In this document: piece after piece, positions 11,981-23,540 of the stretch
Layout: every line of letters starts with the position of its first letter
Position numbering within the stretch: the stretch's first letter is position 1
Assembly (NCBI RefSeq): GCF_011386835.1
Contig: NC_088815.1
Coordinates: 10,478,001 to 10,542,000 of the forward strand
Direction of reading: 5' to 3'
Source of the DNA: Chrysemys picta bellii
Taxonomy: Eukaryota
DNA: 64,000 nucleotides
Translations under genes and position numbers: made by a program
The notes under the pieces: model-generated
The model's input: the letters and a program-made list of their open reading frames with translations, nothing else
What the model was told of the DNA's origin: nothing
Database searches by the model: none

Positions 11981-12264
11981 GTTCTCCGTGGTAGCAGATG
12001 ACAGAACAAGGAGCAATGGTCTCAAGTTGCAGTGGGGGAGGTTTAGGTTGGATATTAGGAAATACTATTTCCCTAGGAGGGTGGTGAAGCACTGGAATGG
12101 GTTACCCAGGGAGATGGTGGAATCTCCTTCCTTAGAGGTTTTTAAGGCCCGGCTTGACAAAGCCCTGGCTGGGATGATTTAGTTGGGGATTGGTCCTGCT
12201 TTGAGCAGGGGGTGGGACTAGATACCTCCTGAGGTCCCTTCCAACGCTGAGATTCTATGATTCA
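11981..12264 (+). mobile_element. CR1 LINE 3' end
   Basis: [20 protein letters not shown] remnant and terminal GAGGTCCCTTCCAAC...ATTCTATGATTC. Confidence 0.9.
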
Positions 12265-12740
12265 TAGAAAAATCCCACTGGTACCAAGCTTTGGAAAGGC
12301 TTTTGTATTGCCCTGTGTGTGTAGCCCTTTCTCTCACAGGATGGGTCTTCAGCCAGACTCCGTATATGAGTCTGATGCGGCTGACAACAAAGGCAACTTA
12401 CCCTTTAGTTCAAGTGGTTGTGGCGCCTGCTTTACATGCAGAAGGTCCCCGGTTCTAATCCCCCTAACAGCCCAAGCAGCACTGGTTGGATGTGCATTAG
12501 TCATTTATCTCTTGAGATATCAGTAGGGGTCAAGAAATGACTGTGTAGGTCTCAACGCAGCAAGGCATGCACCTGCGGGAGGGAAGGATGAGAACGGGAA
12601 ACGGGGAGTTTGCACAAGATGGCAGCACGTGCTGGTCAGCGGTTAGGCAGGAGGTGAGGGGAGATGCAGATCTGGGCGGATTGTTTAGACCAGCCCAGCT
12701 CAGCTGGTTTTCTGGCTTCTGAGTTTCATTGGGCTGAGGG

Positions 12741-12747
12741 TATAAAA
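12741..12747 (+). promoter_or_regulatory. TATA box of protease gene A
   Basis: TATAAAA at the same position as in genes B and C. Confidence 0.7.
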
Positions 12748-13309
12748 TCAGCCACGGGGCAGCAGGAGGCTCAGGTTGGCGCCGAGCCTGGACGAGGACC
12801 GAGGAACTCAGAGACGGAGCGGCTCCAGTGCCTCCTGTTGTCCCTGCTGTCCTACCCCTCAGCCCATGCTGGTGAGTAGAGGAAGTCGTGGGCTAGGGTT
12901 ACCATCCGGGGTCCGTGCACCACGTGAGGAAGGGGCAGTCCCATCTCCTCCTGCTCAGGAGTGTGCGTGTCTTTCGGGTGCTTTGCGGAGTCAGATTGTG
13001 GGGGGGCATGAAGCCAAGCCCCACTCCAGACCCTACATGGCAGCCCTGAAAGTTTCCGGTCGTTTCCACTGCCGGGGGTTTCTGGTGGCCCTAGACTGGA
13101 TGATGACCGCTGCTCACTGCATGGGGTTAGCCCCGGCCCTTCCCCACAAACGCACGGACGGATTCTGGTTGGAAGACAAATGTCAGAGTGTTGGGAAATT
13201 CATTAAAGAGCCTAACTCACTCTGAAAGGGTCCAGCAGACTCAGGGCTGGGCTGGCCAGACAATTCCATCTCTTTAACTTAAGGGGTGGTTTTAAGTCGA
13301 TTTCATTAT

Positions 13310-13510
13310 AATAATCCCTAGCTCTTACATAGCACTTTGTACAGGTGAATCTCAACAAGGGAAGTTAATGTCATTATCCTCAGTTTACAGATGGGGAAAC
13401 TGAGGCACCGGGAGGTGACGTGACTCGCCCAATAGGCGAGTGGTAGAGCTGGAACTAGAACCGAGGTGCCCTGAGCCCCAGTCCAGTGTCCTAGCCACTA
13501 GGCTACACTG
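13310..13510 (-). mobile_element. CORE/MIR-like SINE. Similar copies at about 1-70, 1630-1745, 6040-6215, 10850-10985, 19395-19520, 24990-25180, 37556-37665, 42420-42565, 44860-45050, 45500-45605, 49690-49870, 50330-50460, 60740-60840
   Basis: Recurrent TTACAGATGGGGAAACTGAGGCAC / GTGCCTCAGTTTCCCC core with a GAACCCAGGAGTCCTG tRNA-like head. Confidence 0.7.
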
Positions 13511-14736
13511 GTTGGAAAGGCTGTGGGGAGACGCTGTTTTCACTTTAAACTCAACTGAAGTCAGGCTGGTTAAGTGAATTAGGAGCAGGTTTATGTTTGG
13601 CTGAAATCAGAGACTGGAGTGTCCACCCAGAGGTCTGCGCTGGTTTCACTAAATCAATTGAATTAAACTGTTGCTAGGTCCTGATTCTCCATGGCCCTGC
13701 AGCCAGGGGCAAAGCGGGCGCAGAATGCACGTCACTGCCATTCTGCCCTGGGAGCGCTTTACGCCGGCTTTGCACAGGAGTAAGTGATCGCACCAGGGGC
13801 AGGTGATGGGGAGGCACGTTACGGTCTCATCCTGCAGGTGCTGAGTTCCTCCCGTGGGAGGGAGCTCAGCACCTCACAGGGTCAGGCGTCGCAAGAGACC
13901 ACAAAGACGTTCTTAGAGCAAACTCCTGGAACATCCCTCCCCCCGCTGAGCCCCCAGCTCTGCACCTCCCCCGCGAGAGCCAAGGCTGGGACCAATAACC
14001 GACACCCCGGCAGGGAGCCGCCCGGCACTCCCTGCTCCCATGACACCATCCCCTCCTGTTCAGATTCTCAGCCAGTCCCACAGCGAGTACTCCGGATCCT
14101 CTCTCAAAACGTCCCCATTCCCAGTCAGGGCATCCCTCCAGCTGCCAAATCCATTCCCTCCTGGGCCAGGCCTCCTGACAACTGACCCCATTTCCTCCTG
14201 GACGCTAGAGGCCCAAATGGAGACCGGGGCCCAGCTGTGCCAGCGGCTGTACAAACACATAATGAGAGGGGCCTCTGCCCCCTGGAGAGCTTGAAGTCTA
14301 ACCAGAGGAAGGACGGGAGGGGAAGTGATTGGCCCAAGATTATACAGCAGATCAGAGGCCAGGAATTAACGCACCCTCTTCTGCGTCACAGCACGCTGCC
14401 CTGCCCACTAGCCCACGCTGCCTACACGAAAGGAGCTTTGAATGCAAGCTGCTGTTTGAATGTGAAATATGGCCCCTCCCCTCCTCTCCAAGGCAAAGAC
14501 GCTGACTTGAATGGACCTGATGTGTGATATTTACTGTCATTTGAAGGGACATCAGCGTCACCCTGGGAGCTCACAATTACCGCATCCCGGAGGCCTCCCA
14601 GCAGATGTTTGCCGTTGAAAGCTACCCTCCGCACCCAGAATACGACAGCAGATATGTGCCACACAACGACATCCTTCTCCTAAAGGTAACAGGACTCCCC
14701 ACTGGAGAGTGAATCCATGCACCGGCCGCTGTCTAA

Positions 14737-14993
14737 GGCTACATCTACACTGCAGTAAGAGATCCGTGGCATGGCCGCGGCTGGGCCGGGTCAGCTGACG
14801 CGGGCTGCAGGGCTAAAAGTCGCAGTGTCAATGTTCAGGCTCGGACGTCGAAACCCCACGAGGGGGGAAGGTCTCCGAGTCTGGGAGCCAGCCCATGCAG
14901 GAACCTCTACGCTACAATTTTTAGCCCTGCACCTGAGCCGGCTGACCCAGGCCCTGAGTGCCATGAGTGTTTTATTGCAGTGTAGACATACTC
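14737..14993. mobile_element. PIF/Harbinger-type MITE in gene A intron 3
   Basis: TIRs GGCTACATCTACACTGCA / TGCAGTGTAGACATACTC; flanks TAA / TTA. Confidence 0.7.
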
Positions 14994-17604
14994 TTAGGGT
15001 TTGAGGGTTATATATATATGCTGTAGAATGCCTCTGGTATTTAGATCCACCTCTCTGGGCTTTGTCCTCATGTGACAGCCATCTTCTCAACTACCACAGC
15101 AGGGACTGAACCAGGATTCTCCAGCGCAAACCTCATGGGCTGCTGCATCCGGAGCGACAGTTCTGTAGTGAGGGCAGCATTACTCACACCCTCTGTGGAT
15201 TGGCACAGAGGTGACCACCGGACACACTCACCGCGGGTTACGGGTTTGGGCTCTGCAGACTCAAACGCCGATTGACCTGTTGTGGCCGCACAGGAGTGAC
15301 ATCATCACGCCATGAGGCAATCCCAGGAGAGCCCGTTCCCAGTGGACGAGCACGGGCCATCTAGGGAAGTAGCCGGCCAAGGAAAGCGCCACGGCCCAGT
15401 CTCCATCCCTGGGCTGGCATCACACAACCCAAGGATGTGGGTGTTCCAACGTCAGAAGGTGATGGTCAGGACGTGTCTAGCATTGAAGCTTAACCTCAAA
15501 CCTGGTATCACCCCCATTTCTACACCCTGCCCCCAAAACAGATTCCTGATGAGCAAGCACCTGGCAAAACAAAACCCCAAAACCTTCCTCTTCATCTCCT
15601 GCGGGGCCTAACGTTTGCTCCCCTCCCATAACAGCTGAGCCACAAAGCCAAACTGAATAAATACGTCCAGGTGATCCCCCTGCCCAAGACCAACAGCGAC
15701 ATCCCCACGGACACCCAGTGCATCGTGTCGGGATGGGGCTACATTGACCAAGAGGTAGCAACTTACAAGCTCTTCGAGACCAACGCCACTGCCCTGAGCC
15801 GGAGGAAATGTCTCCTGTTCTACCCAGAGCTCAGCGACGGCATGGTCTGTGCGGCCAGCTACCACAAGCTCAGTGACGTCAACTACGTACGTCTCTCCGT
15901 CCCTTTCCATCTTCCCCAGTCATGCTGCCCTGAGGTCGGCGGGTGGGAAGGGACATCCCCAGCCGCCTGAATGACCCACTGTAGGCATGAGCCACGGAGA
16001 CACCAAAGGGGCACTCGGAAACGTTGCCCTCGTTTTTCAGCAACGAGGCAAGCTGTAGAATAGACCACGTGCTGGGGGAGTGAGGGGGGTATTTATCACC
16101 TTGGCTCCTACAGCTCCCAGGGCTAGTTGCTGTCGCCACAGCATTGCCGGAAAGCCTGCAGCAGCAGGCACGGGAAATAAAAATGAGGCCGTTTTGGAGG
16201 GGCACTTTCTGTGCCCCCCGCAGCCAGAGGAGTGGCTCTTCCCCCCACCCCCCAGCAGCCAGAAGAGCTGCCCCCACCCTTGCGCACACCCCTGAAATCC
16301 TGTAAGATATTCCCTAGTAGACACAAGACCAGAGCCACTGAGTCAGTCACTCGCGGTTACACGGTGGTGGAGCCAGGATTGGAACTCAGCCACCAGTGGC
16401 TCTAAATGCGGCGTTCGCTCCCGCTAGCCCACGAGGCGCTTCTCCAGTGTCGACGTTCTACTTAACCCTCTTTCCCCTGTGTCTTCCTCAGGGGGACTCC
16501 GGTGGCCCTTTGGTCTGCAACGGGGTGGCCCAGGGGGTCGTCTCCTACGGTTTCCAGTTCCCTCCCTCGGTGTACACTCGCGTCGCCCACTACCTGCCCT
16601 GGATTCGAAAGACCATGGAGCAGTGACCGGAGAGGAAGATGCTACAACTTCTCCAGCATCTGCATGGCTTTTCTCTGCCCCGGGGCGTTCCCTGGAACTG
16701 TAGGGATAACAACGCAGGGTCCACCAACTCCTCCTTTTGGGCTGCCCTTTTCTCTACATTTAAATATCATCATTAGTGGATCCGAACTTTTCCCCCTCCC
16801 GCCCCCGGAAGAACATACAAGGCTTAATCTTGAGCCCCTCGCCAAGTTTTTACACGGGCAAACCTCGCAGGTTAGCCTGGGTGAGGAGGGAGCAAAAACA
16901 TGGCAAGGAACTCAGATTTGGCCCAAACGGGTTGGAACAAAGCTTTCCTCAGCCCCCTCCTGGGTCAGAAGACACACGAATCCCACGATGCTCGGGAGTG
17001 TTTCACAGCACATGGATTTTGACGGGGTTCAGACACCCAATTCAAAGGCTTTTTGATGGGAAATGCTGACTCATCAAAACCCAAACTGTCTGTGGCTGAG
17101 GGCTCTCCCGATAGAAAATATTAGGATTTTTGTTTCTAGATTGCAGAAACTGGCGATTTTGACATTTTCTAGGTGGATCGTTTCGGGTTTGGGGTTGACG
17201 CCACTTTTCATTTTGAAATTTTAATTAACTGAAATGAAAGGAAAGGTACTATTTTTTTTTTAAATCAAAAATGAAATGTTTTGAAATTAACCAACTTGTT
17301 TCAGTTGACCAGATCTGATTTTTTTTTTATTTCAGATTATCAGTTTGCACAAATTCGCAAGATTCCCACTTCCCACCCCAATTTGAGATGGGCCTTCCCC
17401 CTCCCCTCCACCCCCTTGAAAATTGTGGTGGGACGAGAACACCATTTCCTCCCCACTTCTGTAGTTCCTTCCCCCTCACTGCCCCATTTCTTCTTTGCCC
17501 CTGCAGCGCTAGAATGTAACAAGCAAGACAATAAACAAGCTCCCGCATTTCATAAAGTCTCCTGCCTTATTTTGAAGTTTGTTTCTGCTCATTGTTGTAA
17601 AAGG

Positions 17605-17760
17605 GATACCTGCTTACTGTATTTTCCACTCCATGCATCTGATGAAGTGGGTTCTAGCCCATGAAAGCTTATGCCCAAATAAATGTGTTAGTCTCCAAGG
17701 TGCCACAAGGACTCCTTGTTGTTTTTGCTGATACAGACTAACGCGCCTACCATTCTGAAA
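17605..17760 (+). mobile_element. Penelope-like element terminal fragment
   Basis: ...GAAAGCTTATGCCCAAATAAATGTGTTAGTCTCCAAGGTGCCACAAGG...CTGAAA end shared with five other copies in the window. Confidence 0.7.
17635..17674 (+). ncRNA. Minimal type I hammerhead ribozyme motif
   Basis: GCAT-CTGATGA-A-GTGGG(TTCTAG)CCCAT-GAA-AGCT-T-ATGC: stem I GCAT/ATGC, conserved core, stem II, palindromic AGCT stem III. Confidence 0.6.
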
Positions 17761-17784
17761 CCAGTAAGAGAAGAGAGTACACTA

Positions 17785-18081
17785 GGGCTACGTCCAGACT
17801 ACCCGCTGTATCGGCGGGTAGCGATCGATTTATCGGGGATCGATATATCGCGCCTCGTTAAGACGTGATACATCGATCCCCGAACGCGCTCCTCATCGAC
17901 TCCGGAACTCCACCGGAGCGAGCGGCGGTAGCGGAGCCGCGGCCGTCGATCCCGCGCCATGAGGACTCTAGTTAATCAATCTAAGATACTTCCACTTCAG
18001 CTACGCTATTCACGTAGCTGAAGTTGCGTATCTTAGATCGATCCCTCCCCCCCCCCCCCACCCCCAGTGTAGACCAGACCC
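17785..18081. mobile_element. CpG-rich PIF/Harbinger-type MITE
   Basis: TIRs GGGCTACGTCCAGACT / AGTGTAGACCAGACCC; internal hairpins. Confidence 0.7.
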
Positions 18082-20505
18082 TGGTCTCATTTTTAGCCAG
18101 AGGACTTGGATCAGCCAAACCCTGATCCCCTCCTATTCTCACCCCATGCACCTACTGCCACGTACATATTGATTAGCCTTCCCTACGCTACATTCCCTGA
18201 CCCTCCCGGGACCCGCAGCAGCACTGAAAGGGGATTCTACAGACACGCAAGGACACCCAGAGCTCAACGCAACAGTGCTGAGTTTCAACCCTGCACCTGT
18301 GGAGACTTCAGCCTGACGCACACAACCTGCTCTCTTTCCCCTTCCCTTTTGTGTTCCTTCCCACCCCCAACCCCCATTTGCCTCCTGTCATCTCTCCCTC
18401 TCTCGGCTTGTCCCCGGACTCTGAGACCAGCTGTGCCACACCAGCCCAGCGGCAAGATGAGCTCTGCCCAGCTGGAGAAAGACCAGAAGGGGAGAGACTC
18501 ACAGCCCCGTCTGGGACTGAACAGCCAGCCAGGATCTTGAGAATGGCAGCAAAAGCTGCGTTTTCCCCACTTTTACGCCGCTGCCTCTTCTCCCCCTTGC
18601 GTCTGTTTGTCCAAAGCAGGGAGAGTGACCATCCATCACATCACAACAACCCTTTCCTCCCCCCACATCCCCCCGAGAAAGGTTGTCTGGCAAAAATCAG
18701 AGACACTAACCAACATCCTCTCTCTGAAAAGGGGACTCTGGTAGGTTTTGGCTAAGTTAGGTCTGTACGATCGCTCTGTTTCCCTTCCAAAAAGGGCTTT
18801 AGGTCTCGCGCTGCTGCTTTTTCTTTTATGTAGCCTGCTCAAGACGTCTGCAAACTTTGGCATGAATTGTGCTGCCGTGGAGCTAAGCAGACCGAGGTCT
18901 CTGACCTCCAGACCGCGAGCCTTGTTTAACGCTTTACTATTGTACAGTGACAGTTAACACTCTGGCCTCTCTGGGTCCCCTTATTCCATCAAACTTAATA
19001 CAACAGGCCTCAACTCTTAAAACGCCGAGCTAGAGTCTCTGCTGGTGGAAGCCAGTAACCCCACAGAGATAGCTGATTCGCATGAGCAGAGGATCTGTCT
19101 TGTTCTCACCGCACTGGCAGGACAAAGTTTGTAACAGTCGGTAACAAACTCTAAACCGTTCACCACTGAAGAATCAGCTCTAACAGCAGGAAGTGGGCCA
19201 GGAGGGCTTGATGTAAACAAAGTCCTGAGATGAATGCAAGGTGAAGGGAGCAGTTCCTGCCCCCCGGAAGGGCTGTGTCTGCAGCCGAAAAACCCCACAG
19301 AGTTGTTTGTGACTTTAGATGAGGCACACCTCTAACTCTGTGGTTAGAGTTTCTCCTCCCAACTGAAGTAGAAGACGCCAGCCAGAGGCACGGTGTTCTA
19401 GTAGGTAAGACACTGGTCTAGGGTTCAGGCGCTCTGGGTTTTATCCCTGGCTCGGGCATGCACCTGCTGTGTGGCCTTGGTCAAGTCACTTGACCTTGCT
19501 CCGTGCCTCAGTTTCCCCCACCCCCCACCCTTTGTCTACTCAGATTGTAAATTGGTTGGGGCAGGGCATCTCTCTCACACTGCAAGTTCAGACACAATAT
19601 GGTCCTCTACGAACGGTGATTTTTTCACTCTCCGCTTCACCAGAGAGATTTGGCAACCCCCTTAGCACATTATACCATTGTCTGCTCAGAGCACAGATCT
19701 TAAGGTTAATGATTCTGCCTTGTCCCTGCCAAATAGGTATCTTCTGCAGTTGCTGGTGGGTTCCACATCCGCGCGGAGGCATTCCCCCCCACAACAATTC
19801 CATAACAACAAGTTCATGGCATCCACCAGAATCCAGACATTGTGAACGGAGCGATTCCCCCTCCCCCGCCCCAATTGTCACAGGAGCAGGAAGGGGGTTG
19901 TGGGTCAGGACTGAGGTGCATTAGCACAGTTATGCGTGTGGGGAGCCCAGGAGCGGAGTCGGAGGACGGGTGTGGGGTGGGATCGGGGGGCGCCGACCCA
20001 GGACGGGACTAGCAGGCATTGCTGTAGCGAAGGATTGAATCTTAACTGCGCTGTCCGTTTGGATTTCCATGGTCACCCATAGGGCTGGGTAGTACCCTGA
20101 CCGTTTACTGCCTCGCGAGCGCCTTCTCCTGGTCAGAGGCCACCCTACAGCACTCTGCCTCACTGGCCATCCCACCTCTTCAGGGCCCCTCTAAGAACCC
20201 TTCAGGCCCCAGCCCCAGTCTCTCTCCTCCACAAATCCAACACAAACCCACGCAGCCTGGACCCCGGGTTCAGCTGAGCCCAGGCCCCAGCTGTCTGTCT
20301 GCTTCCCAGTACCTCCTGGCTGGAGTTTGGCCTTTGCCAGAGGCCTTTCCCATCTTCCCCCTGCTTCTTGGCCAGAGTCGCTCCCCGGCCTGGAGAGCTT
20401 TCTCCCAGCACTGTGGCCATTCCCGCCTGCCTCAACAACCACCCCCCGGCTTCCCGCTGCCTTTTTATATAGGAGCCCCCGATTCCTCTCAGCGAGGGTG
20501 ATCAG

Positions 20506-20961
20506 CAGCGCCGGTGCTACCATTAAGGCAAACTAGGCGGTTGCCTAGGGCGCCAAGATTTGGGGGTGCCAAAAAGCGGTGCCTCCCATTTTTTTTTACA
20601 GCGTTCCTGGGCTGGGCTGCCGGCGGCGCGCTGACACGTGCGGCTCAGACTCCCTCTCCCAGCGCAGCGGCCGCTCCACTTCTCCCGCCTCCCAGGCTTG
20701 CGGCTCCAATCAGCTGTTTGGCGCCGCAAGCCTGGGAGGGGAGGAGAATTAGAAAGGGGACGGCGTGCTCGGGGAGGAGGCGGAGCAGAGGTGAGCTGGG
20801 GTGGGGAGCTACCGCACGGCTCCCTGTGTGGGGGAGCTGCGGCAGGGTGGGGGCGCCTCAGAGCAGGGGAGGAGCTGCTGCGGGGGGAGCTGCCGCAGGG
20901 CTGGGGGGGGCGCAAGGTGGAAGTTTCACCTACGGTGTGAAACTTCCTTGCACCGGCCCTG
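20506..20961. mobile_element. hAT MITE inserted into the left end of a second, short hAT MITE (about 20495-21075)
   Basis: TIRs CAGCGCCGGTGC / GCACCGGCCCTG; TSD GTGATCAG / GTGACCAG, which is the start of the AGGGTGACCAGATGTCC element. Confidence 0.75.
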
Positions 20962-23109
20962 GTGACCAGATGTCCCGATTTTATAGGGACAGTCCCAATA
21001 TTTGGGGCTTTGTCTTATATAGGCTCCTATTACCCCCCACCCGCTGTCCTGATTTTTCACACTTGCTGTCTGACTTTTCACACTCTCGGGTGGGGCTCCT
21101 CGTGCAATCAAGGCTGGCTTAGCCCCAGCCTCTCCAGCCCACAGGCAAGCCACCCTGTTCCAGGCCAGATTCGGACTCTCAGTCACCCCACCCCTGACAT
21201 TTCCAGCCCACCGGAAGTACAAAGCCCCCGGACAGAGCTATCCCCTGGAGCCCCACCCACCTCTTCCTCCCAGTCCCTACAGATGGGCTCCGGCGGCCGC
21301 CCTCCAGTTCCTGAGTCTCTGATCTTCCTCCCACATCAAATCCCAGCATCCCCCACCTGCTGCTCCACCTCTGGCTGTTCCGTGATTTGGGGGGACACCC
21401 CGAATCTGAAGCCCGGACCCTGCCCTGGCAATCTGTGTGTTCCCCTAGGGGTCTAGGCTTAGGAACAGGATGGGTCAGCCCCAACAACCTCCACTTCTGC
21501 TGTAAAACCACCAGCCACTGACCGCTGCGGTGGTGAGTAGCACGGCAATCATAGGGAGCCGTTGCCGTCCCCCGTGACAAGCGGTAGATCAGCACGCGTG
21601 GAGGAACCGCGCTGGGCTGCCGGCGCTTTGCAGCATGCTGAGTTCTTATCTCCAGGACGCAGCCTGACTTTTATCTAAGGGCTTCCCTTTTATCTCTGTT
21701 TTGGGTCAGACACGGCCCCTCGGCACAGACCTCACTGTCCGTCCCTTCTCTTGAAGCTGTTCTACCCCCCCTAAATAATTCGTCATCGGAACAGGGACTT
21801 GAAAGTCCCCGTCTTAATGGCGTGCTCTAACCACTAGGCTATACCGTCACTGGTGCTCTTTTTCCCTGGCCCAATAGAACAGCTTCAGCCAGTGAGATTG
21901 AGCCAGCCCATAGACCAGTGGCTAGGACATGCTCCTACAATGTGGAAGACCCCACATCAGACAGAGAGAAGAATTGAAGCAGGGTCTCCCTCAGCCCAGG
22001 TGAATTCCCTCCCCCTGGGCGAAACGCTATAAAAAGGCAGTGCCCACCCGCCCAGCCACCCACCAGGATATTTGGTCAAAATGCTCAAAATCCAAACAAA
22101 CCATTTGGCATCTGCACAAAACGTTCTGTCTCAGCCTGACGTGGCATTTTCCCAACTTTGTGATTCACCGGAAAATTTGTTTTCAGTTCAACCCCAAACC
22201 AAAAACTTTTATGTTATTTTTTCAGTTGCCAGCGAACCAAAAAATCCGTTAGTCCCCCAGTCCTAGCCAAGACCCATCTCAGGATCAGGACGACCAAGGC
22301 CTAATGGTGTCGCAGTGGGTCCCAGGAGATGCTGAGGATAGCAGCTATGAGGGTTTCATTTGGTCCTTCTGGTCTCCTGTCTCCCAGCCAGCCAGCTCTC
22401 TCTGTCCCCAAGGTTTTTTTTTAAAGGACCCCAGAAGGGACTGAGGGGTGGAATAACCCATCCCCTCGTTATTTCGTCCACCAATTAGGCCTACTTTCCA
22501 ACACGCCAGTTGTGGTTCATTGATTGGTCCCACGCACCTCTTGTTCCCCAACCATGGTCTTAGCCCAGTCCTTCAGTTAGACCAGTCGGCCTTTTTGTTT
22601 TGTCTAACTTAGTCATTCTATCACCTTCTCCCATCAACTCTTGCGACCGGAGAGCGGAACACTTTATAAACGTCTCCCCACTTTCCCAGGCCGGCTCCCC
22701 ACCGGGGTGGGTCTGCTAGGACCCCAATTTACTACAACACTCCCCAGCCCAGGAAGGATTCATGCCACATCCAAAGCCTCCCACGCCCTGGTCTCAGGAC
22801 ACACTTGTGTTCTTGAAACACCCAAACAGAAGCAGTTCCTCTGTCCACCCTGGGTTACAGCTCCCACAAGCATCTGCCATGGCCTCTCAGTGCTGAAACA
22901 TGGCTGCTCCAGGAGCTCCCACCTATACCCTCTGAGGCCTTCATAGAAAGCCCCTGACCCCCCTTCTCAGCAGGGTCGGATAATGGAAGAAGGCTGGCTG
23001 GCTCCAGGCATTTAAAGCGGCGGACCAGCCTGTTAGAGGGCTCTATATAATGCCTGGACCATACACAGTCACTGCAGTGTGTATAGTTCCTTATTCTTTC
23101 CAATTGACT

Positions 23110-23540
23110 TTACATTCCTTGCCAGGCCATGGGATAGAAGACAGGAAAGACAGGTGCCAATTTCCTACATCATCTGCTGCCTTGGAGACCTGTGCTGCAA
23201 ACCTTTCCTTATGTTGCCTCTCTGAGGTGTGTGTGTCCCTTAGGGGTGGTGTGTGTGTGTGTGTGTGTGTGTGTGTTGTATGAAGCTACAGGGATAAAAC
23301 AAGGCCCCTAATTCCTCCCCAGGGCAGGGCGCTAACGGGCTCTCCACTCATTAGAGGAAGAGGTTCTTCTCCCTGGGGACAAACACACCCTCCTGTGAGC
23401 AGAGATTAGGGGGTCATCATTAGCATGCTAAGAGATATGCAAAATGTGCTCTTTAAAGATTTAAATCCCCTGAGTTCAGAGTCCCCTGACTGGTCCCCTG
23501 GGGGACATGTGGCTCTCTAGCAGGGGGGTTCAGGATTCTG
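23110..23540 (+). pseudogene. Orphan 3' end (last codons, stop, 3' UTR/flank) of a lost fourth protease paralog
   Basis: ATGGGATAG (23129-23137) versus gene B ATGGGCTAG, then collinear matches to gene B 30160-30505 (TGCCTTGGAGACCyGTGCTGC, CCCCTGAGTT, CTGGTCCCCTG, TTCAGGATTC). Confidence 0.65.
23249..23276. repeat. (GT)14 microsatellite
   Basis: Seen directly; sits inside the relic 3' UTR. Confidence 0.9.

Larger units (their letters stand above)
12814..16626 (+). pseudogene. Granule serine protease gene A (mast cell protease/cathepsin G/granzyme-like); probable recent pseudogene or null allele. Exons 12814-12871, 12978-13125, 14547-14685, 15635-15886, 16492-16626
   Basis: Exons splice to an open 243-codon frame with IVGG, TAAHC, NDILLLK and GDSGG. 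Start codon is ACG (12814), exon-2 acceptor is GG (12976-12977), and CGGF is CRGF. Confidence 0.8.

Noticed and set aside
12956-12961. Cryptic CAG/GAG acceptors rescuing gene A exon 2
   Set aside because: They add 19 or 16 nt, both frameshifting relative to the phase-1 intron.
21795-21843. tRNA-like A/B-box sequence on the minus strand
   Set aside because: No complete cloverleaf and a degenerate B box; best explained as a tRNA-derived SINE head.
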